This document shows, piece after piece, positions 19,700 through 32,212 of a DNA stretch of 52,937 bases. Within the stretch, counting starts at the first letter, position 1. Each line of letters starts with the position of its first letter. The position numbers and the translations under genes are program-made. Below the pieces are notes generated by a model. The model ran no database searches. It saw nothing but the letters and a program-made list of their open reading frames with translations, and had not been told where the DNA came from. Source of the stretch: Phenylobacterium parvum (GTDB lineage Bacteria; Pseudomonadota; Alphaproteobacteria; Caulobacterales; Caulobacteraceae); NCBI GenBank assembly GCA_029977805.1, contig JAPOKE010000001.1, positions 1-52,937 on the forward strand, in the 5' to 3' direction.

Positions 19700-21988
19700 A
19701 TGAGCGACGCCAGGAAGCGCACCTTCACCGACGAGGAAGCCCTGAGCTTCCACCAGCACCCCGTCCCCGGGAAGCTGGCCATCACGCCCACCAAGCCGAT
19801 GGCCACCCAGAGGGACCTCAGCCTGGCCTACTCGCCGGGGGTGGCTGTACCGGTGCTGGCCATCGCCGAGCGCCCGGAGACGGCCTACGACTACACCTCC
19901 AAGGGCAACCTGGTGGCGGTGATCTCGAACGGCACGGCCATCCTCGGCCTGGGCAACCTCGGGGCCCTGGCCTCGAAGCCGGTGATGGAGGGCAAGAGCG
20001 TCCTCTTCAAGCGCTTCGCCGACGTGGACTCCATCGACATCGAGGTGACGGCCACCGACCCCGACGAGGTGATCACCGTCGTCAAGAACATCGGCGTGAC
20101 CTTCGGCGGCATCAACCTCGAGGACATCAAGAGCCCCGAGTGCTTCCGCATCGAGACCGAGCTGCAGGAACTGCTCGACATCCCGGTCTTCCACGATGAC
20201 CAGCACGGCACCGCCATCATCTCGGCCGCCGGCCTGATCAACGCCTGCAAGATCACCGGTCGCGAGCTGAAGGACGTCAAGCTGGTGCTCTGCGGCGCCG
20301 GCGCGGCGGGCATCGCCTCCCTCGAGCTGGTCAAGGCCATGGGCGTGCGGGCCGAGAACTGCATCGCCGTCGACAACACCGGCGTGATCTACCGCGGCCG
20401 CAGCGCGGGGATGAACCAGTGGAAGTCGGCCCACGCGGTGGAGACCGACGCCCGCACCCTGGCCGACGCCATGAAGGGCGCCGACGCCTTCTTCGGCCTG
20501 TCGGTGAAGGGGGCCCTGACCCCCGAGATGGTCGCCTCCATGGCGCCCAACCCGATCATCTTCGCCATGGCCAACCCGGACCCGGAGATCACGCCCGAGG
20601 AGGTCGCCGCCGTGCGCAGCGACGCCATCGTCGCGACCGGCCGCAGCGACTATCCCAACCAGGTCAACAATGTCCTCGGCTTCCCCTACATCTTCCGCGG
20701 CGCCCTCGACGTGCGCGCCCGGCGGGTGAACATGGAGATGAAGGTCGCCTGCGCGAACGCCCTGGCCCAGCTGGCCCGGGAGGATGTCCCCGACGAGGTG
20801 GCCGCGGCCTACCACGGCAAGCAGCTGAAGTTCGGGCCCGAGTACATCATCCCCTCGCCCTTCGACCCGCGGCTGATCTCCTACATCCCGCCCTTCGTGG
20901 CCCAGGCGGCCATGGACTCGGGCGTCGCCCGCACGCCGATCGCCGACATGGACGCCTACCGGGCCAGCCTCGCCCAGCGCCTGGATCCCACCGCCGGCTT
21001 CCTGCAGAAGATCCAGGGCGTGGTGCTGAAGTCGCCCGGGAAGCGGATCGTCTTCGCCGAGGGCGAGGAGCCGAGCGTCATCCGCGCCGCCTTCGCCTTC
21101 CAGAACGCCGGCCTGGGCCGCGCCATCCTGGTGGGCCGCGAGGACCTGGTGGCGGAGAACATGCGCCTCGCCGGCCTCGATCCCGCCGAGGCCGACCTCA
21201 AGGTGGTGAACGCCCGCGTCTCCGAGCACAACCCGGAGTTCGTGGACTTCCTCTACGGCCGGCTGGCGCGCCAGGGCTACCTGAAGCGCGATGTCCTGCG
21301 GCTGATCAACCAGGACCGGAACTCCTTCGCCGCCTCCATGGTCGCCCTCGGATACGCCGACGGCATGGTGACCGGCGTGACGCGGTCCTACGACCAGGCC
21401 CTCGAGGAGGTGCTGCGCGTCATCGATCCGTCCCCGGACGGCCGGGTCATCGGCATGAGCGTCCTCCTGGCCAAGGGCCGGACCCTGTTCATCGCCGACA
21501 CCAACATCACCGAGATGCCGGACGCCGACGAGCTGGTGGAGATCGCCTGCGAGGCGGCCCGGGCGGTCAAGACCCTCGGCTACCAGCCCCGCATCGCCTT
21601 CCTGTCCTACTCGACCTTCGGCAATCCCATGGGCCAGAGGTCGGAGAAGGTCCGCGAGGCGGTGGCCATGCTGGACGACATGGACGTCGACTTCGAGTAC
21701 GAGGGCGAGCTGCCCCCGGACCTCGCCCTCGATACGGCCAAGTGGGCCAACTACCCCTTCATGCGGCTCAGCGGCCCGGCCAACGTCCTGATCATGCCGG
21801 CCATCCATTCGGCGGCGATCTCGACCCTGCTGGTCCAGGAACTGGGCGGGGCGACGGTGATCGGGCCGATCCTGCTCGGCCTGCAGAAGTCCGTGCAGAT
21901 CACGCCCCTGGGCGCCTCGGTCTCGAAGATCCTGCAGATGGCCACCCTGGCCGCCTACGAGCAGGACGTGGTCGACGAGCAGGGCTGA
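19700..21988 (+). CDS. maeB: NADP-dependent malic enzyme with a PTA-like C-terminal domain
   Basis: [56 protein letters not shown]. Confidence 0.96.
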   Translation: MSDARKRTFTDEEALSFHQHPVPGKLAITPTKPMATQRDLSLAYSPGVAVPVLAIAERPETAYDYTSKGNLVAVISNGTAILGLGNLGALASKPVMEGKSVLFKRFADVDSIDIEVTATDPDEVITVVKNIGVTFGGINLEDIKSPECFRIETELQELLDIPVFHDDQHGTAIISAAGLINACKITGRELKDVKLVLCGAGAAGIASLELVKAMGVRAENCIAVDNTGVIYRGRSAGMNQWKSAHAVETDARTLADAMKGADAFFGLSVKGALTPEMVASMAPNPIIFAMANPDPEITPEEVAAVRSDAIVATGRSDYPNQVNNVLGFPYIFRGALDVRARRVNMEMKVACANALAQLAREDVPDEVAAAYHGKQLKFGPEYIIPSPFDPRLISYIPPFVAQAAMDSGVARTPIADMDAYRASLAQRLDPTAGFLQKIQGVVLKSPGKRIVFAEGEEPSVIRAAFAFQNAGLGRAILVGREDLVAENMRLAGLDPAEADLKVVNARVSEHNPEFVDFLYGRLARQGYLKRDVLRLINQDRNSFAASMVALGYADGMVTGVTRSYDQALEEVLRVIDPSPDGRVIGMSVLLAKGRTLFIADTNITEMPDADELVEIACEAARAVKTLGYQPRIAFLSYSTFGNPMGQRSEKVREAVAMLDDMDVDFEYEGELPPDLALDTAKWANYPFMRLSGPANVLIMPAIHSAAISTLLVQELGGATVIGPILLGLQKSVQITPLGASVSKILQMATLAAYEQDVVDEQG

Positions 21989-23107
21989 TCAGGCCCGGGC
22001 CTCCGGCGTCCCGTCGCCGCCCGGCCGCCCGTCGGCCGACAGCAGGACCGCGACCCAGCGGGACCCGGGGAACTGGGCGCACACCACCATCACGATGACC
22101 GTGAGCGGCGTGGACAGGAACATGCCGACCACGCCCCAGAGCCAGCCCCAGAAGGCGAGCGACAGGAGGACCACAAGCGGGTCCATGTTCAGGCTCCGCC
22201 CCTGCATGCGCGGCGCGATGATGTTGCCGACGACGAAGTGCAGCCCCTGCAGGACGATGTAGAGGAAGACCGCCTGCCAGAGGGTCGGGAACTGCATGAG
22301 GGCGAAGAGCGGGGCGGCGACCACGCCGAGGGCCGCGCCCAGGATCGGGATGTAGCAGGCCAGGAAGATCAGGATGGACAGGAAGGTTGCGCCCTCCAGG
22401 CCCACGGCGGTCATGGCGACCCAGGAGGCGCCGGCGATCATCAGTCCCGTGACGGTCTGCACCCAGAGGTACTGCTCCACCGAGTTCAGGATGGAGCGAT
22501 AGGCCGTCAGGACCGCCCGGCGTCCCTCGCGCGCTTCCGAAAGGTTCAGGACCTTGCGCTCCAGCCCCCGCCGGGAGGCGATGATGAAGCCAAGGTAGAT
22601 CAGGATCAGGATCGTGTCGGCCGCCAGGTTGCGGACGACGCCGGCCGCGCTGGCCAGGTACTGGCCCGGGTTCAGCTGGAGGAGGAGGTCGTCCAGGGTC
22701 GGCACCGCCGCGGTCTGGGCCGCGCCGGCCAGGCGGGCGATCAGGTCGTTGAGCCGCGGGCCATAACTGGCCAGCTTGGTCGCGAAGGCCGAGGCGTTGT
22801 CGATGGTCAGGACCAGGAGCCCGGCGAAGAGGAGGCCGGTCACCGCAAGCGCCGCCGGCATGCCGAGGCTGGCCCGGCCCGGCAGGAACCGGTCGATCCG
22901 GCGCTCGAGCGAACTGGCGAAACTCTCGATCACCACGGCGAGGAAGAGGGCCATGGCGAAGGGAGCGAGCACCCCAGAAAGCGCCTTGGCCGCAGCGGCG
23001 GCGGCGATCACGGCCAGGATGGCGAGGCAGGCGCGCTCCAGGGTCCGCCCCGGAGCGGCGGTCGGCGGAAGGGGCGGCGGGGCTGTCGAAGGCGGGTCGT
23101 CGGTCAC
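21989..23107 (-). CDS. AI-2E family transporter
   Basis: Multiple TM helices; [40 protein letters not shown]. Confidence 0.9.
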   Translation of the reverse strand: MTDDPPSTAPPPLPPTAAPGRTLERACLAILAVIAAAAAAKALSGVLAPFAMALFLAVVIESFASSLERRIDRFLPGRASLGMPAALAVTGLLFAGLLVLTIDNASAFATKLASYGPRLNDLIARLAGAAQTAAVPTLDDLLLQLNPGQYLASAAGVVRNLAADTILILIYLGFIIASRRGLERKVLNLSEAREGRRAVLTAYRSILNSVEQYLWVQTVTGLMIAGASWVAMTAVGLEGATFLSILIFLACYIPILGAALGVVAAPLFALMQFPTLWQAVFLYIVLQGLHFVVGNIIAPRMQGRSLNMDPLVVLLSLAFWGWLWGVVGMFLSTPLTVIVMVVCAQFPGSRWVAVLLSADGRPGGDGTPEARA

Positions 23108-23211
23108 GGCGCGAACATGGCACAGCCGACCGGCTTGGCGAAGCCCCGCCTGCGGGTCATACAGGGAGCGTCGGACCGCCCTTCGCGGCCGGCGGGATTT
23201 CCGGAGGGACC

Positions 23212-24705
23212 ATGACGGACACGGCTCAGCCTGGCGGCGTACTGATCGGCAGCTCTGGCCAGCCCGAGATCCTCCGGCTGGACCGCGCCAACCGCCACGG
23301 CCTGGTGGCCGGGGCCACCGGGACCGGCAAGACCGTGACGCTGCAGATCCTGGCGCAGGGCCTGTCCGACGCCGGCGTCCCGGTCTTCGCGGCGGACGTC
23401 AAGGGCGACCTCAGCGGCGTCGCGGCCCCCGGCGAACCCGGCGAGAAGATGCTCGCCCGGGCCCGGTCCATGGACCTGGAGCTGGTCCCCCAGGCGGCGC
23501 CCACCGTCTTCTGGGACCTGTTCGGCGAGCAGGGGCACCCCATCCGGGCCACTGTCTCCGAGGTCGGCCCCCTCCTGATCTCGCGCATGCTGGAGCTGAA
23601 CGACGTCCAGGAAGGCGTGCTCTCGGTGGTCTTCCGCGCGGCGGATGACGAGGGGCTCCTGCTCCTCGACCTGAAGGACCTGCAGGCCGCCCTGACCTAC
23701 GCCTCCGAGAACGCCGCGGCCCTCGGCGCGCGCTACGGCAATGTCTCGACCGCGACGGTGGCGACGATCCAGCGCAAGCTCCTGGTGCTCGAGGACCAGG
23801 GCGGGGCCCGCCTGTTCGGCGAGCCGGCCCTCGACCTTTCGGACTTCATGCGCAAGGACGCCAGCGGCCGCGGCTACGTGAACATCCTGGCCGCGGACAA
23901 GCTGATCGCCTCGCCCCGGCTCTACGCCACCTTCCTCCTCTGGCTGATGTCGGAGCTGTTCGAGGTCCTGCCGGAGGTGGGCGACGCCGACCGGCCCAAG
24001 CTGGCCTTCTTCTTCGACGAGGCCCACCTCCTGTTCCGGGACGCGCCGAAGTCGCTCCTGGAGAAGATCGAGCAGGTGGTCCGCCTGATCCGCTCCAAGG
24101 GGGTCGGGGTCTACTTCGTGACCCAGAACCCGGCGGATATCCCCGACGCGGTGCTGGGCCAGCTCGGCAACCGCATCCAGCACGCCCTGCGGGCCTACAC
24201 GCCGGCCGACCAGAAGGGCCTGCGCGCCGCCGCGAGCAGCTTCCGGGCCAATCCCGGGTTCAGCACGGCCGACGCCATCCAGGCCCTGGGCGTGGGCGAG
24301 GCCCTGGTGTCGGTCCTTGACGAGAAGGGCGCGCCGACGGTCGTCCAGAAGACCCTGATCCGGCCGCCGATCTCCCGGCTGGGGCCGCTGACGCCGCCGG
24401 AACGGGCCTCGGTCATGGCCTCCAGCCCGGTGAAGGGTGTGTATGACGCCGCCGTCGACCGGGAGAGCGCCTTCGAGGTCCTGCAGGCGCGGTCCGCGGC
24501 CAAGGCGCGGGTCGAGGCCGGGGGTGCGGACGGGGACCCCGCCCCGCGGGCGCCGAGGACGACCTCCGGGGCCCGGGCGCCCTCGCCGGGACGCGGTCGC
24601 CAGACCCTCACCGAGACCTTCGCCAAGCAGTTCCTGCGGACCCTGGCCTCCTCGGCCGGCCGGGAGATCATGCGCGGGGTCCTGGGCGGCATGCGCCGCC
24701 GCTGA
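23212..24705 (+). CDS. HerA-like ATPase, DUF853/YjgR family
   Basis: [63 protein letters not shown]. Confidence 0.92.
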   Translation: MTDTAQPGGVLIGSSGQPEILRLDRANRHGLVAGATGTGKTVTLQILAQGLSDAGVPVFAADVKGDLSGVAAPGEPGEKMLARARSMDLELVPQAAPTVFWDLFGEQGHPIRATVSEVGPLLISRMLELNDVQEGVLSVVFRAADDEGLLLLDLKDLQAALTYASENAAALGARYGNVSTATVATIQRKLLVLEDQGGARLFGEPALDLSDFMRKDASGRGYVNILAADKLIASPRLYATFLLWLMSELFEVLPEVGDADRPKLAFFFDEAHLLFRDAPKSLLEKIEQVVRLIRSKGVGVYFVTQNPADIPDAVLGQLGNRIQHALRAYTPADQKGLRAAASSFRANPGFSTADAIQALGVGEALVSVLDEKGAPTVVQKTLIRPPISRLGPLTPPERASVMASSPVKGVYDAAVDRESAFEVLQARSAAKARVEAGGADGDPAPRAPRTTSGARAPSPGRGRQTLTETFAKQFLRTLASSAGREIMRGVLGGMRRR

Positions 24706-24723
24706 GCCGGCGGACCGCACACG

Positions 24724-24754
24724 AAAAAGGGGCCGGCCCCGAAGGACCGGCCCC
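24724..24754 (-). terminator. Intrinsic terminator for the 24780-25562 gene
   Basis: Minus strand reads GGGGCCGGUCC-UUCG-GGGCCGGCCCC followed by UUUUU. Confidence 0.8.
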
Positions 24755-24779
24755 CCGTCGCGGCGGATGGGGCGTGCGA

Positions 24780-25562
<783 letters not shown>

Positions 25563-25619
25563 GGACGCTGAGCTCCCGTGCTCGTCTGAGGAAAAACCTG
25601 TAGCCTTGCCTTTAGCCCG

Positions 25620-26060
25620 ATGAACCCAGACTCAAAAGCATCACGCGACGTAAATCCGGGGGGAATCGACCCGGACTCGCCGATCGCCCCCGACCGGGCG
25701 ATGGTCCCCGAGGTCGTGCGCGTCAATGCGCAGCGCGTGTCGCGGGGCTTCTGGCCCAAGATCCGGAGGGTGGCGGCCCACATCCCCTTCGCCGTCGACG
25801 CCCTTGCGGTGTGGCGCTGCGCCCAGGATCCCGCGACCCCGCGGACCGCCAAGGCCATGATGCTGGCGGCCCTGGCCTATTTCGTCCTGCCGACGGACGC
25901 GATCCCCGACATCCTCGGCGCCGTGGGGTTCACCGACGACGCCGCGGTCTTCGCCGCCCTGCTCGCCGTGATCGGCAAGCACCTGAAGCCCGAGCACAGG
26001 GCGGCGGCCGAGGTCGACCTGAAGCGCCTGCGCGGCGAGGACACACCCGGAGCCGGCTAG
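25620..26060 (+). CDS. YkvA/DUF1232 family membrane protein
   Basis: FWPKIRR, DPATP, ALAYFVLPTDAIPD...GFTDDA. Start uncertain (ATG 25700 is an alternative). Confidence 0.85.
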   Translation: MNPDSKASRDVNPGGIDPDSPIAPDRAMVPEVVRVNAQRVSRGFWPKIRRVAAHIPFAVDALAVWRCAQDPATPRTAKAMMLAALAYFVLPTDAIPDILGAVGFTDDAAVFAALLAVIGKHLKPEHRAAAEVDLKRLRGEDTPGAG

Positions 26061-26974
26061 AAAGGCGCGGCCCGCGCCGCGGCCCGCGAGGCCGCGTGCT
26101 CGCGCCAGGTGATGAACAGGGTCGAAGCGACCACCACTGCAGCGCCCACGATCGTCCAGGTCCCCGGGACCTCGGCGAACAGCAGGAAGCCGACAAGGGC
26201 GGCGAAGACCAGGCGGATGTAGTCCACCGGCGCCATGGCCGCCGCATCCCCCGCCGCCATGCCGCGGATGTAGAAGGCCTGGGTCGCCGTCCCCATGACG
26301 CCCATCACCGACAGGAGGGCCAGGTCGACGGGCTCCGGCCAGCGCCAGGACAGGAGGGCGCCGGGGATCGAGAAGACCATTCCCAGGGTCGCCGCCCAGA
26401 CCAGGAGGACGGTCGGGGCGTGATCCCGGGTCAGCACCTTCATGCCCGTCACCGTCAGGGCGAAGAGGAAGGACGAGGCCAGCATGGCCAGGGCCGGAAG
26501 GCCCAGGGCGAAATGCCCCCCGGCGCCGGGCCGGACCATGATCAGGACCCCGGCGAAGCCGGCCAGGGCGGCGAAGATGCGGAGCGGCCCGATCCTCTCC
26601 CCCACGACGAAGGCGGCCAGGGGCACCAGCCAGAGGCTGCGGGTGAAGGACAGGGCGTTGGCGTCCGCCAGGGGCATGTTCTGGAAGGCGTAGAAGGACA
26701 GCATGGTGCCCAGCGTCCCCGCCCCGGCCCGGAAGATCAGCAGGTCAGGGCGGCTTGTGGCGAAGGCCGCCGACCGGTGGCGCAGGATGACCGGCAGCAG
26801 GATCACGAAGCCCGCCGCCTGCCGGTAGAAGGTCTGAAGCCCGGGGGAATAGCCCTCGCCCAGGTACTTGATCAGGGTCGACATGACCGTGAAGGCCAGG
26901 GCCGACGCGGTCATCCAGAGGGCGCCCCGGACGTTGGGCGACAGCCCGGAGAAGGCGAGGGCGAGGCGTCTCAA
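26057..26974 (-). CDS. DMT/EamA family transporter
   Basis: About 10 TM helices; [26 protein letters not shown]; TTG start overlapping the upstream stop. Confidence 0.9.
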   Translation of the reverse strand: MRRLALAFSGLSPNVRGALWMTASALAFTVMSTLIKYLGEGYSPGLQTFYRQAAGFVILLPVILRHRSAAFATSRPDLLIFRAGAGTLGTMLSFYAFQNMPLADANALSFTRSLWLVPLAAFVVGERIGPLRIFAALAGFAGVLIMVRPGAGGHFALGLPALAMLASSFLFALTVTGMKVLTRDHAPTVLLVWAATLGMVFSIPGALLSWRWPEPVDLALLSVMGVMGTATQAFYIRGMAAGDAAAMAPVDYIRLVFAALVGFLLFAEVPGTWTIVGAAVVVASTLFITWREHAASRAAARAAPF

Positions 26975-27840
26975 CCCTGGCCGGAGCCCGGCGCCATCTG
27001 CATCATGGACTCACCGAAGATGGCGGCGAAGGGCGACCCGGCCGACGGATCCCAGCTGTGCCGCGAGCCCACCGTGATGCCGCCGTCCACGACCAGGTGG
27101 GTCCCGGTGACGAAGGCCGAGGCGTCGGACGCCAGGTAGAGGGCGGCCTGGGCGATGTCCTGCGGCAGGCCCGGCTTCTTCACCGGCTGGGCGATCTGGG
27201 CGTTCTGGGCGACCAGGGCGGCCATCTGGTCGGCGGCGTCCCGGGTCATGCCCATGGTGGCGCCGAAGATGGAGGTGGCGATCAGGCCCGGGCAGATGGC
27301 GTTGACCCGGATGCCCTGGGGCGAGAGCTGGGCGGCGGCGCAGCGGCTCATGTGCACCACCCCGGCCTTGGCCGTGGAATAGGCGATCGGGCCCCAGCCG
27401 GCCTGCAGGCCGGCGATGGAGGCGGTGTTGATGATCGAGCCGCCGCCGCGCTTCAGCATGGCGGGGACCGCATGCTTCATGCCGAGGGCCGGGCCGCGGA
27501 CGAGGATGTCGAAGATCCAGTTCCAGCCGTCGGCGGTCACCTCGGTGATGGCGCCCATCCGGTCGGAGATGCCGGCGTTGTTGAACTGGATGTCCAGCCC
27601 GCCGAAGGCGCTCTCGGCCAGGGCCACCGCCGCGGCGATGTCGGCCTCCTGGGTCACGTCGCAGCGCGAATAGCGCACGGCGTCGGGGAAACGGCGCTCC
27701 AGCATGGCGCCCTTCTCGTCCTGGATGTCGGCGGCGATGACCTTCGCCCCCTCCGAGACGAAGAGCTCCAGGGTCCCCAGGCCGATGCCCGAGGCCGCCC
27801 CCGTGATCATCGCCACCTTGCCTTCAAGCCGTCCGGCCAT
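26971..27840 (-). CDS. SDR family oxidoreductase
   Basis: [37 protein letters not shown]. Confidence 0.93.
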   Translation of the reverse strand: MAGRLEGKVAMITGAASGIGLGTLELFVSEGAKVIAADIQDEKGAMLERRFPDAVRYSRCDVTQEADIAAAVALAESAFGGLDIQFNNAGISDRMGAITEVTADGWNWIFDILVRGPALGMKHAVPAMLKRGGGSIINTASIAGLQAGWGPIAYSTAKAGVVHMSRCAAAQLSPQGIRVNAICPGLIATSIFGATMGMTRDAADQMAALVAQNAQIAQPVKKPGLPQDIAQAALYLASDASAFVTGTHLVVDGGITVGSRHSWDPSAGSPFAAIFGESMMQMAPGSGQG

Positions 27841-27864
27841 GTCCGATCTCCTGTCCGTTGCGCG

Positions 27865-28869
27865 TCAGTCGCCGAGGGTGACGACGACCTTGCCCATGGC
27901 CTTGCGGCTGCCCAGGTGGGCGATGGCGTCCGCCGCCTTCTCGAAGGGGAAGCGCTCGGAGACGTAGGGGCGGATCTTGCCCTGGGCGTAGAGGTCGATC
28001 AGCTCCAGGTTGGACTTCTGGAACAGGTCGGGATTGCGCGCCGTCCAGTTGCCCCAGATGACGCCGACGATGTCGCAGCCCTTCAGCAGGGGCAGGTTGA
28101 GCGGGATCTTCGGGATCTCGCCGGCCGCGAAGCCGATGACCAGGTAGCGGCCTTCCCAGGCGATGGAGCGCAGGGCCGGCTCGGCGTAGTCGCCGCCGAT
28201 GGCGTCATAGATGACGTCCGCGCCCTTCTCGCCGCAGGCCTCCTTGAACAGGGCCGCCAGCTGCTTCTGGCCGTCGCGGTCGAAGGGCCCGCGGCCATAG
28301 ACCACGCCGGACTCGGCGCCGTGGCGGATGGCGAGGTCGACCTTCTCCTGGCTGGAGCAGGCGGCGATCACCCGGGCGCCCATGGCCTTGCCCAGCTCGA
28401 CGGCCGCGAGGCCGACGCCGCCGGCGGCGCCAAGGACCAGCATGGTCTCGCCGGCCTTCAGGTGACCCCGGTCCTTGAGGGCGTGGTAGGAGGTCCCGTA
28501 GGTCAGGATGAAGGCGGCCGCCTCGTCGTAGGGCATGGAGTCCGGGATGGGGGTCAGCCGGCCGGCGGGGGCGACGATCTCCTCGACCAGGCCGCCGTGG
28601 CCGATCTGGGCCAGGACGCGGTCGCCGACCTTCACCTCGGTGACGCCCTCGGCGACCTCGGTCACGACGCCGGACACCTCGCCGCCCGGCGCGAAGGGGC
28701 GCGGCGGCTTGGACTGGTACTTGTCCTCGATGATCAGGACGTCGGGGAAGTTGATGCCCACGGCCTTGACCTTCACCCGGGCCCAGCCGGGCCGCAGCTC
28801 GGGGGCCGGGATGTCCTCGATCACCAGGGTCCCGGGACCGCCGACAACCTTGCTCAGGACCGCTTTCAT
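27865..28869 (-). CDS. NADPH:quinone oxidoreductase family (MDR) protein
   Basis: ATG 28869 after a GGGAGAG tract; [32 protein letters not shown]. Confidence 0.92.
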   Translation of the reverse strand: MKAVLSKVVGGPGTLVIEDIPAPELRPGWARVKVKAVGINFPDVLIIEDKYQSKPPRPFAPGGEVSGVVTEVAEGVTEVKVGDRVLAQIGHGGLVEEIVAPAGRLTPIPDSMPYDEAAAFILTYGTSYHALKDRGHLKAGETMLVLGAAGGVGLAAVELGKAMGARVIAACSSQEKVDLAIRHGAESGVVYGRGPFDRDGQKQLAALFKEACGEKGADVIYDAIGGDYAEPALRSIAWEGRYLVIGFAAGEIPKIPLNLPLLKGCDIVGVIWGNWTARNPDLFQKSNLELIDLYAQGKIRPYVSERFPFEKAADAIAHLGSRKAMGKVVVTLGD

Positions 28870-29022
28870 CTCTCTCTCCCCAGATACTTTGCGCGCGTGG
28901 CGATGGCCGGGCACGCTAGCCCAGCCGTCCGGCGCGCGGAAGCCTCGGGCGGCGAAGAATCGCGGGATTTGGCGGGCGTCCCCGCCTCGCCTATATTCCG
29001 CCCTCCTGCGGCCGAGGCTCCC

Positions 29023-30228
29023 GTGACCACCACCCTTGACCTTTCCCGGGCCCGCGCGCCCGGCGCCGCCCCGCCGCGGCGGCCGAACCTCACGGGCCTG
29101 ACCCGGACGGCCCTGGCCGACGCCCTGGTCGAGGCCGGCCTCGTGCCGCCCCAGAAGGCCCGGATGCGCGCCACCCAGCTCTGGCGCTGGATGCACCACT
29201 ACGGGGTCACGGACTTCGACCGCATGACCGACGTGGCCAAGGAGCTGCGGGCCGCCCTGGCCGGCGCCTTCGACCTGTCCCGCCCCGAGGTGGTCGAGCG
29301 CCAGGTCTCGGTGGACGGGACCCGGAAGTGGCTGATCCGCATGGCCCCCGGCGTCGAGGTCGAGACCGTCTTCATCCCGGACGTCGGCCGGTCGGGCGCC
29401 CTGTGCGTCTCCAGCCAGGTGGGCTGCACGCTGAACTGCACCTTCTGCCACACCGGCACCCAGCCCCTGGTGCGCAACCTGACCGCCGCCGAGATCGTCG
29501 CCCAGGTCCAGGTGGCGCGGGACGAGCTCGGCGAGTGGCCCTCGCCCAAGGAGGACCGCCGGCTCTCGAACATCGTCTTCATGGGCATGGGCGAGCCGCT
29601 CTACAACCTGGACGCCGTGGCGGACGCCATCGACATCATCGCCGACCACGAGGGGATCGCCATCTCCCGCCGGCGGATCACCGTCTCGACCTCCGGCGTT
29701 GTCCCCCAGCTGCAGGCCCTGGGCGAGCGCACCCAGGCCATGCTGGCCATCTCCCTGCACGCCACCAACGATCCCCTGCGCGACGAGCTGGTGCCGATCA
29801 ACCGCAAGTATCCGATCGCCGAGCTGATGGCGGGGATCCGCGCCTATCCGGGCCTGGGCAACGCGCGTCGGGTGACCTTCGAATACGTCATGCTCAAGGG
29901 CGTGAACGACAGCCCGGCCGAGGCGCGCGCCCTGGTGAAGCTGCTGAGCGGGGTGCCCGCCAAGATCAACCTGATCCCCTTCAACCCCTGGCCGGGCAGC
30001 CCCTACGCCTGCTCGGACTGGGGCGCCATCGAGGCCTTCGCCGCCATCCTGAACCGGGCCGGCTACGCCTCGCCGATCCGGACGCCCCGGGGCCGCGACA
30101 TCCTCGCCGCCTGCGGCCAGCTGAAGAGCGAGAGCGAGAAGGAGCGGGCCTCCGTCCGCCGCGCCCGCGAACGCGCGGCCGCAGGCGACGCCGGACCCGA
30201 CGGGGACACCCCCCCGAACCCCGCCTGA
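29023..30228 (+). CDS. rlmN: Dual-specificity rRNA/tRNA m2A methyltransferase
   Basis: GTG start; [52 protein letters not shown]. Confidence 0.97.
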   Translation: MTTTLDLSRARAPGAAPPRRPNLTGLTRTALADALVEAGLVPPQKARMRATQLWRWMHHYGVTDFDRMTDVAKELRAALAGAFDLSRPEVVERQVSVDGTRKWLIRMAPGVEVETVFIPDVGRSGALCVSSQVGCTLNCTFCHTGTQPLVRNLTAAEIVAQVQVARDELGEWPSPKEDRRLSNIVFMGMGEPLYNLDAVADAIDIIADHEGIAISRRRITVSTSGVVPQLQALGERTQAMLAISLHATNDPLRDELVPINRKYPIAELMAGIRAYPGLGNARRVTFEYVMLKGVNDSPAEARALVKLLSGVPAKINLIPFNPWPGSPYACSDWGAIEAFAAILNRAGYASPIRTPRGRDILAACGQLKSESEKERASVRRARERAAAGDAGPDGDTPPNPA

Positions 30229-30239
30229 ACGGAGCCCGC

Positions 30240-30668
30240 ATGCCCGCCTCCATCGCCTCCCCCGAGATCCTGGCCTTTGCGGCGGGCTTTCCCCTCGCCC
30301 TGCTCCACGCGGCGGCCACCCTGGCCATCCTCGTCGCCGGCGCGGCCCTGTACGCCCTCCTGACGCCCCACCGCGAGATCGCCCTGATCCGCGAGGGCAA
30401 CACCGCCGCGGCGGTGTCCTTCGGGGGCGTCCTGGCCGGCCTGGCCCTGCCGCTCGCGGCCGCCATGACCGCCTCGGCCTCCCTGCTGGAGATCTTCATG
30501 TGGGGGGCCCCCACCGTCGTGGTCCAGCTCCTGGTCTTCCGCCTGGTGGACCTGCTGCTCAAGGGCCTGCCCGAGCGGATCCGGCATGGCGAGATGGCTG
30601 CGGCGGCCCTCCTCGCCGGCGCCAAGCTCGCCTCGGCCGTCATCCTGGCCGCCGCCGTCGCGGGGTAG
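30240..30668 (+). CDS. DUF350 membrane protein
   Basis: TPHREIALIREGNTAAA, ERIRHGEMAAA; four hydrophobic segments. Confidence 0.85.
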   Translation: MPASIASPEILAFAAGFPLALLHAAATLAILVAGAALYALLTPHREIALIREGNTAAAVSFGGVLAGLALPLAAAMTASASLLEIFMWGAPTVVVQLLVFRLVDLLLKGLPERIRHGEMAAAALLAGAKLASAVILAAAVAG

Positions 30669-30677
30669 GAGGCCGGA

Positions 30678-31511
30678 GTGCATTTCCCGCGGCTCAGCGA
30701 CTGGCTGGTCTACCTGGCCATCATCGTTGCCGTCGTCGTCGTGGCCATCGCCCGGCGCGAGCGGGCTGACGCGCCTCCACCCCCGCCGCCGCCCGCCGCG
30801 GGGGAGGGCTTGCCCCTGGGCCCCGCCTCGCCCTTCGACCCCTCGGTGATCGTCGAGGCGCCCGCGACGCCCGAGCCGGGCTCCGGCACCGCCTTCTCGA
30901 TCGACGACCGGGGCGTCTGGATCACCGCCCGGCACGTCGTGGACGGCTGCCGCAGGGCCGCCGTGGTGGTGGGGGACGGGCGAGGCGTGGCGGCGGACGT
31001 CCGGATCGACCCCCGCGGCGAGGTCGCGGTCCTGACCACCGAGGGCGGGGCCGCCGCCCTGCCGGTGGCGGTGGGCCGGACCCTGAGGCGGGGCGAGCGG
31101 GCCTATCACCCCGGCTTTCCCCAGGGACGCCCGGGCGAGGCGACCTCCCGCCTGATCGGCCGCGAGAACATGGTCATCCGCGGCCATGGCGAGCGGACCG
31201 AGCCGGTCCTCGTCTGGGCCGAGACCGGTCGCACCGACCAGCTGCGCGGGAGCCTGGCGGGCCTGTCCGGCGCGCCCGCCCTGGACGATGCGGGCCGGGT
31301 GATCGGCGTCACCGTGGCGGAATCACCGCGCCGGGGCCGGATCTACACCACCTCGCCCGAGACCCTGGTCAACGCCCTGAAGGCGGCGAATGAGAAGCCG
31401 CAGCCGGGGGCCGTGGGGGAGTCCGTGACGACGACGAACTACGGGATCGTCGCCGACAGCCTGCGCCGGGACCTTCGGGTGGCGCGGGTCGTCTGCCTGG
31501 ACGGCGTCTGA
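30678..31511 (+). CDS. Membrane-anchored trypsin-like serine protease
   Basis: N-terminal TM helix and Pro linker; GSGTAF, TARHVV, GLSGAP, GRVIGV. Confidence 0.85.
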   Translation: MHFPRLSDWLVYLAIIVAVVVVAIARRERADAPPPPPPPAAGEGLPLGPASPFDPSVIVEAPATPEPGSGTAFSIDDRGVWITARHVVDGCRRAAVVVGDGRGVAADVRIDPRGEVAVLTTEGGAAALPVAVGRTLRRGERAYHPGFPQGRPGEATSRLIGRENMVIRGHGERTEPVLVWAETGRTDQLRGSLAGLSGAPALDDAGRVIGVTVAESPRRGRIYTTSPETLVNALKAANEKPQPGAVGESVTTTNYGIVADSLRRDLRVARVVCLDGV

Positions 31512-31523
31512 AGCCTCGGCAGG

Positions 31524-32204
31524 TCAGTCGGGCCGGCGGACGAAGTCCAGCCAGACCGGCGCGCAGTCGCCCAGCTTCTTGGTCTCGTAGCGGGTCCGCA
31601 CATGGTCGGCGGGCGCGCGCCGCCAGTCGTCGGCGCAGGTTGCGGGCCAGTCGAAGCGGGGCTCGGCGAGCAGGACCCTGAGCATCTGGTCGGCATAGTC
31701 CGCCCAGTCGGTCGCCAGCCTCAGCCGGCCGCCCGGCTTCAGGAGGCGGGCCGCCTCCGCCGCGAAGGCGGGACTGACCAGGCGACGCTTGTGGTGCCGG
31801 GCCTTCTGCCAGGGGTCGGGGAAGAGGACGAAGATCCGCTCAAGGCTGGCGTCGGGCAGGCGGGCCATGAGCTCCCGCGCGTCGCCGTCGTGGATCCGGA
31901 CGTTGCGCAGGCCCTGGGCGTCCACGTGCCGCAGGGCGCTGGCGACGCCGTTCAGGAAGGGTTCGGCGCCGAGGACCAGCACGTCCGGCCGCGCGGCCGC
32001 CTGGGCGGCCATGTGCTCGCCGCCGCCGAAGCCGACCTCCAGCCAGGCCTCCCGGGCGTCGGGCGCCAGGCGGGTTGGATCGACGGGACCCTCCGCGGGG
32101 GGCCTAAGGGCCGGGAGCAGGGTCTCCATCAGGGAGGCCTGCCGGGGCTTCAGGGTCCGCGAGCGGATGCGGCCGAAGGACCGCAGGGGCGGCGGGGTCT
32201 CCAC
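31524..32204 (-). CDS. trmB: tRNA (guanine-N7)-methyltransferase
   Basis: LEVGFGGGEH, GAEPFLNG, LFPDPWQKARHHKRR, ATDW, TRYETK. Confidence 0.96.
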   Translation of the reverse strand: METPPPLRSFGRIRSRTLKPRQASLMETLLPALRPPAEGPVDPTRLAPDAREAWLEVGFGGGEHMAAQAAARPDVLVLGAEPFLNGVASALRHVDAQGLRNVRIHDGDARELMARLPDASLERIFVLFPDPWQKARHHKRRLVSPAFAAEAARLLKPGGRLRLATDWADYADQMLRVLLAEPRFDWPATCADDWRRAPADHVRTRYETKKLGDCAPVWLDFVRRPD

Positions 32205-32212
32205 GCGCGGCG

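Noticed and set aside
23212-24705. HerA-like ATPase as an anti-phage system
   Set aside because: Motifs fit the widespread stand-alone DUF853/YjgR family; there is no Sir2, NurA or nuclease partner adjacent.
27058-30228. Apparent giant or fused ORFs (1056 aa rlmN, 1007 aa maeB, 901 aa ubiB, 699 aa lipoprotein, 632 aa Lrp, 576 aa DnaA)
   Set aside because: The N-terminal extensions are stop-free runs through opposite-strand genes or leaders; the real starts are internal, as annotated.
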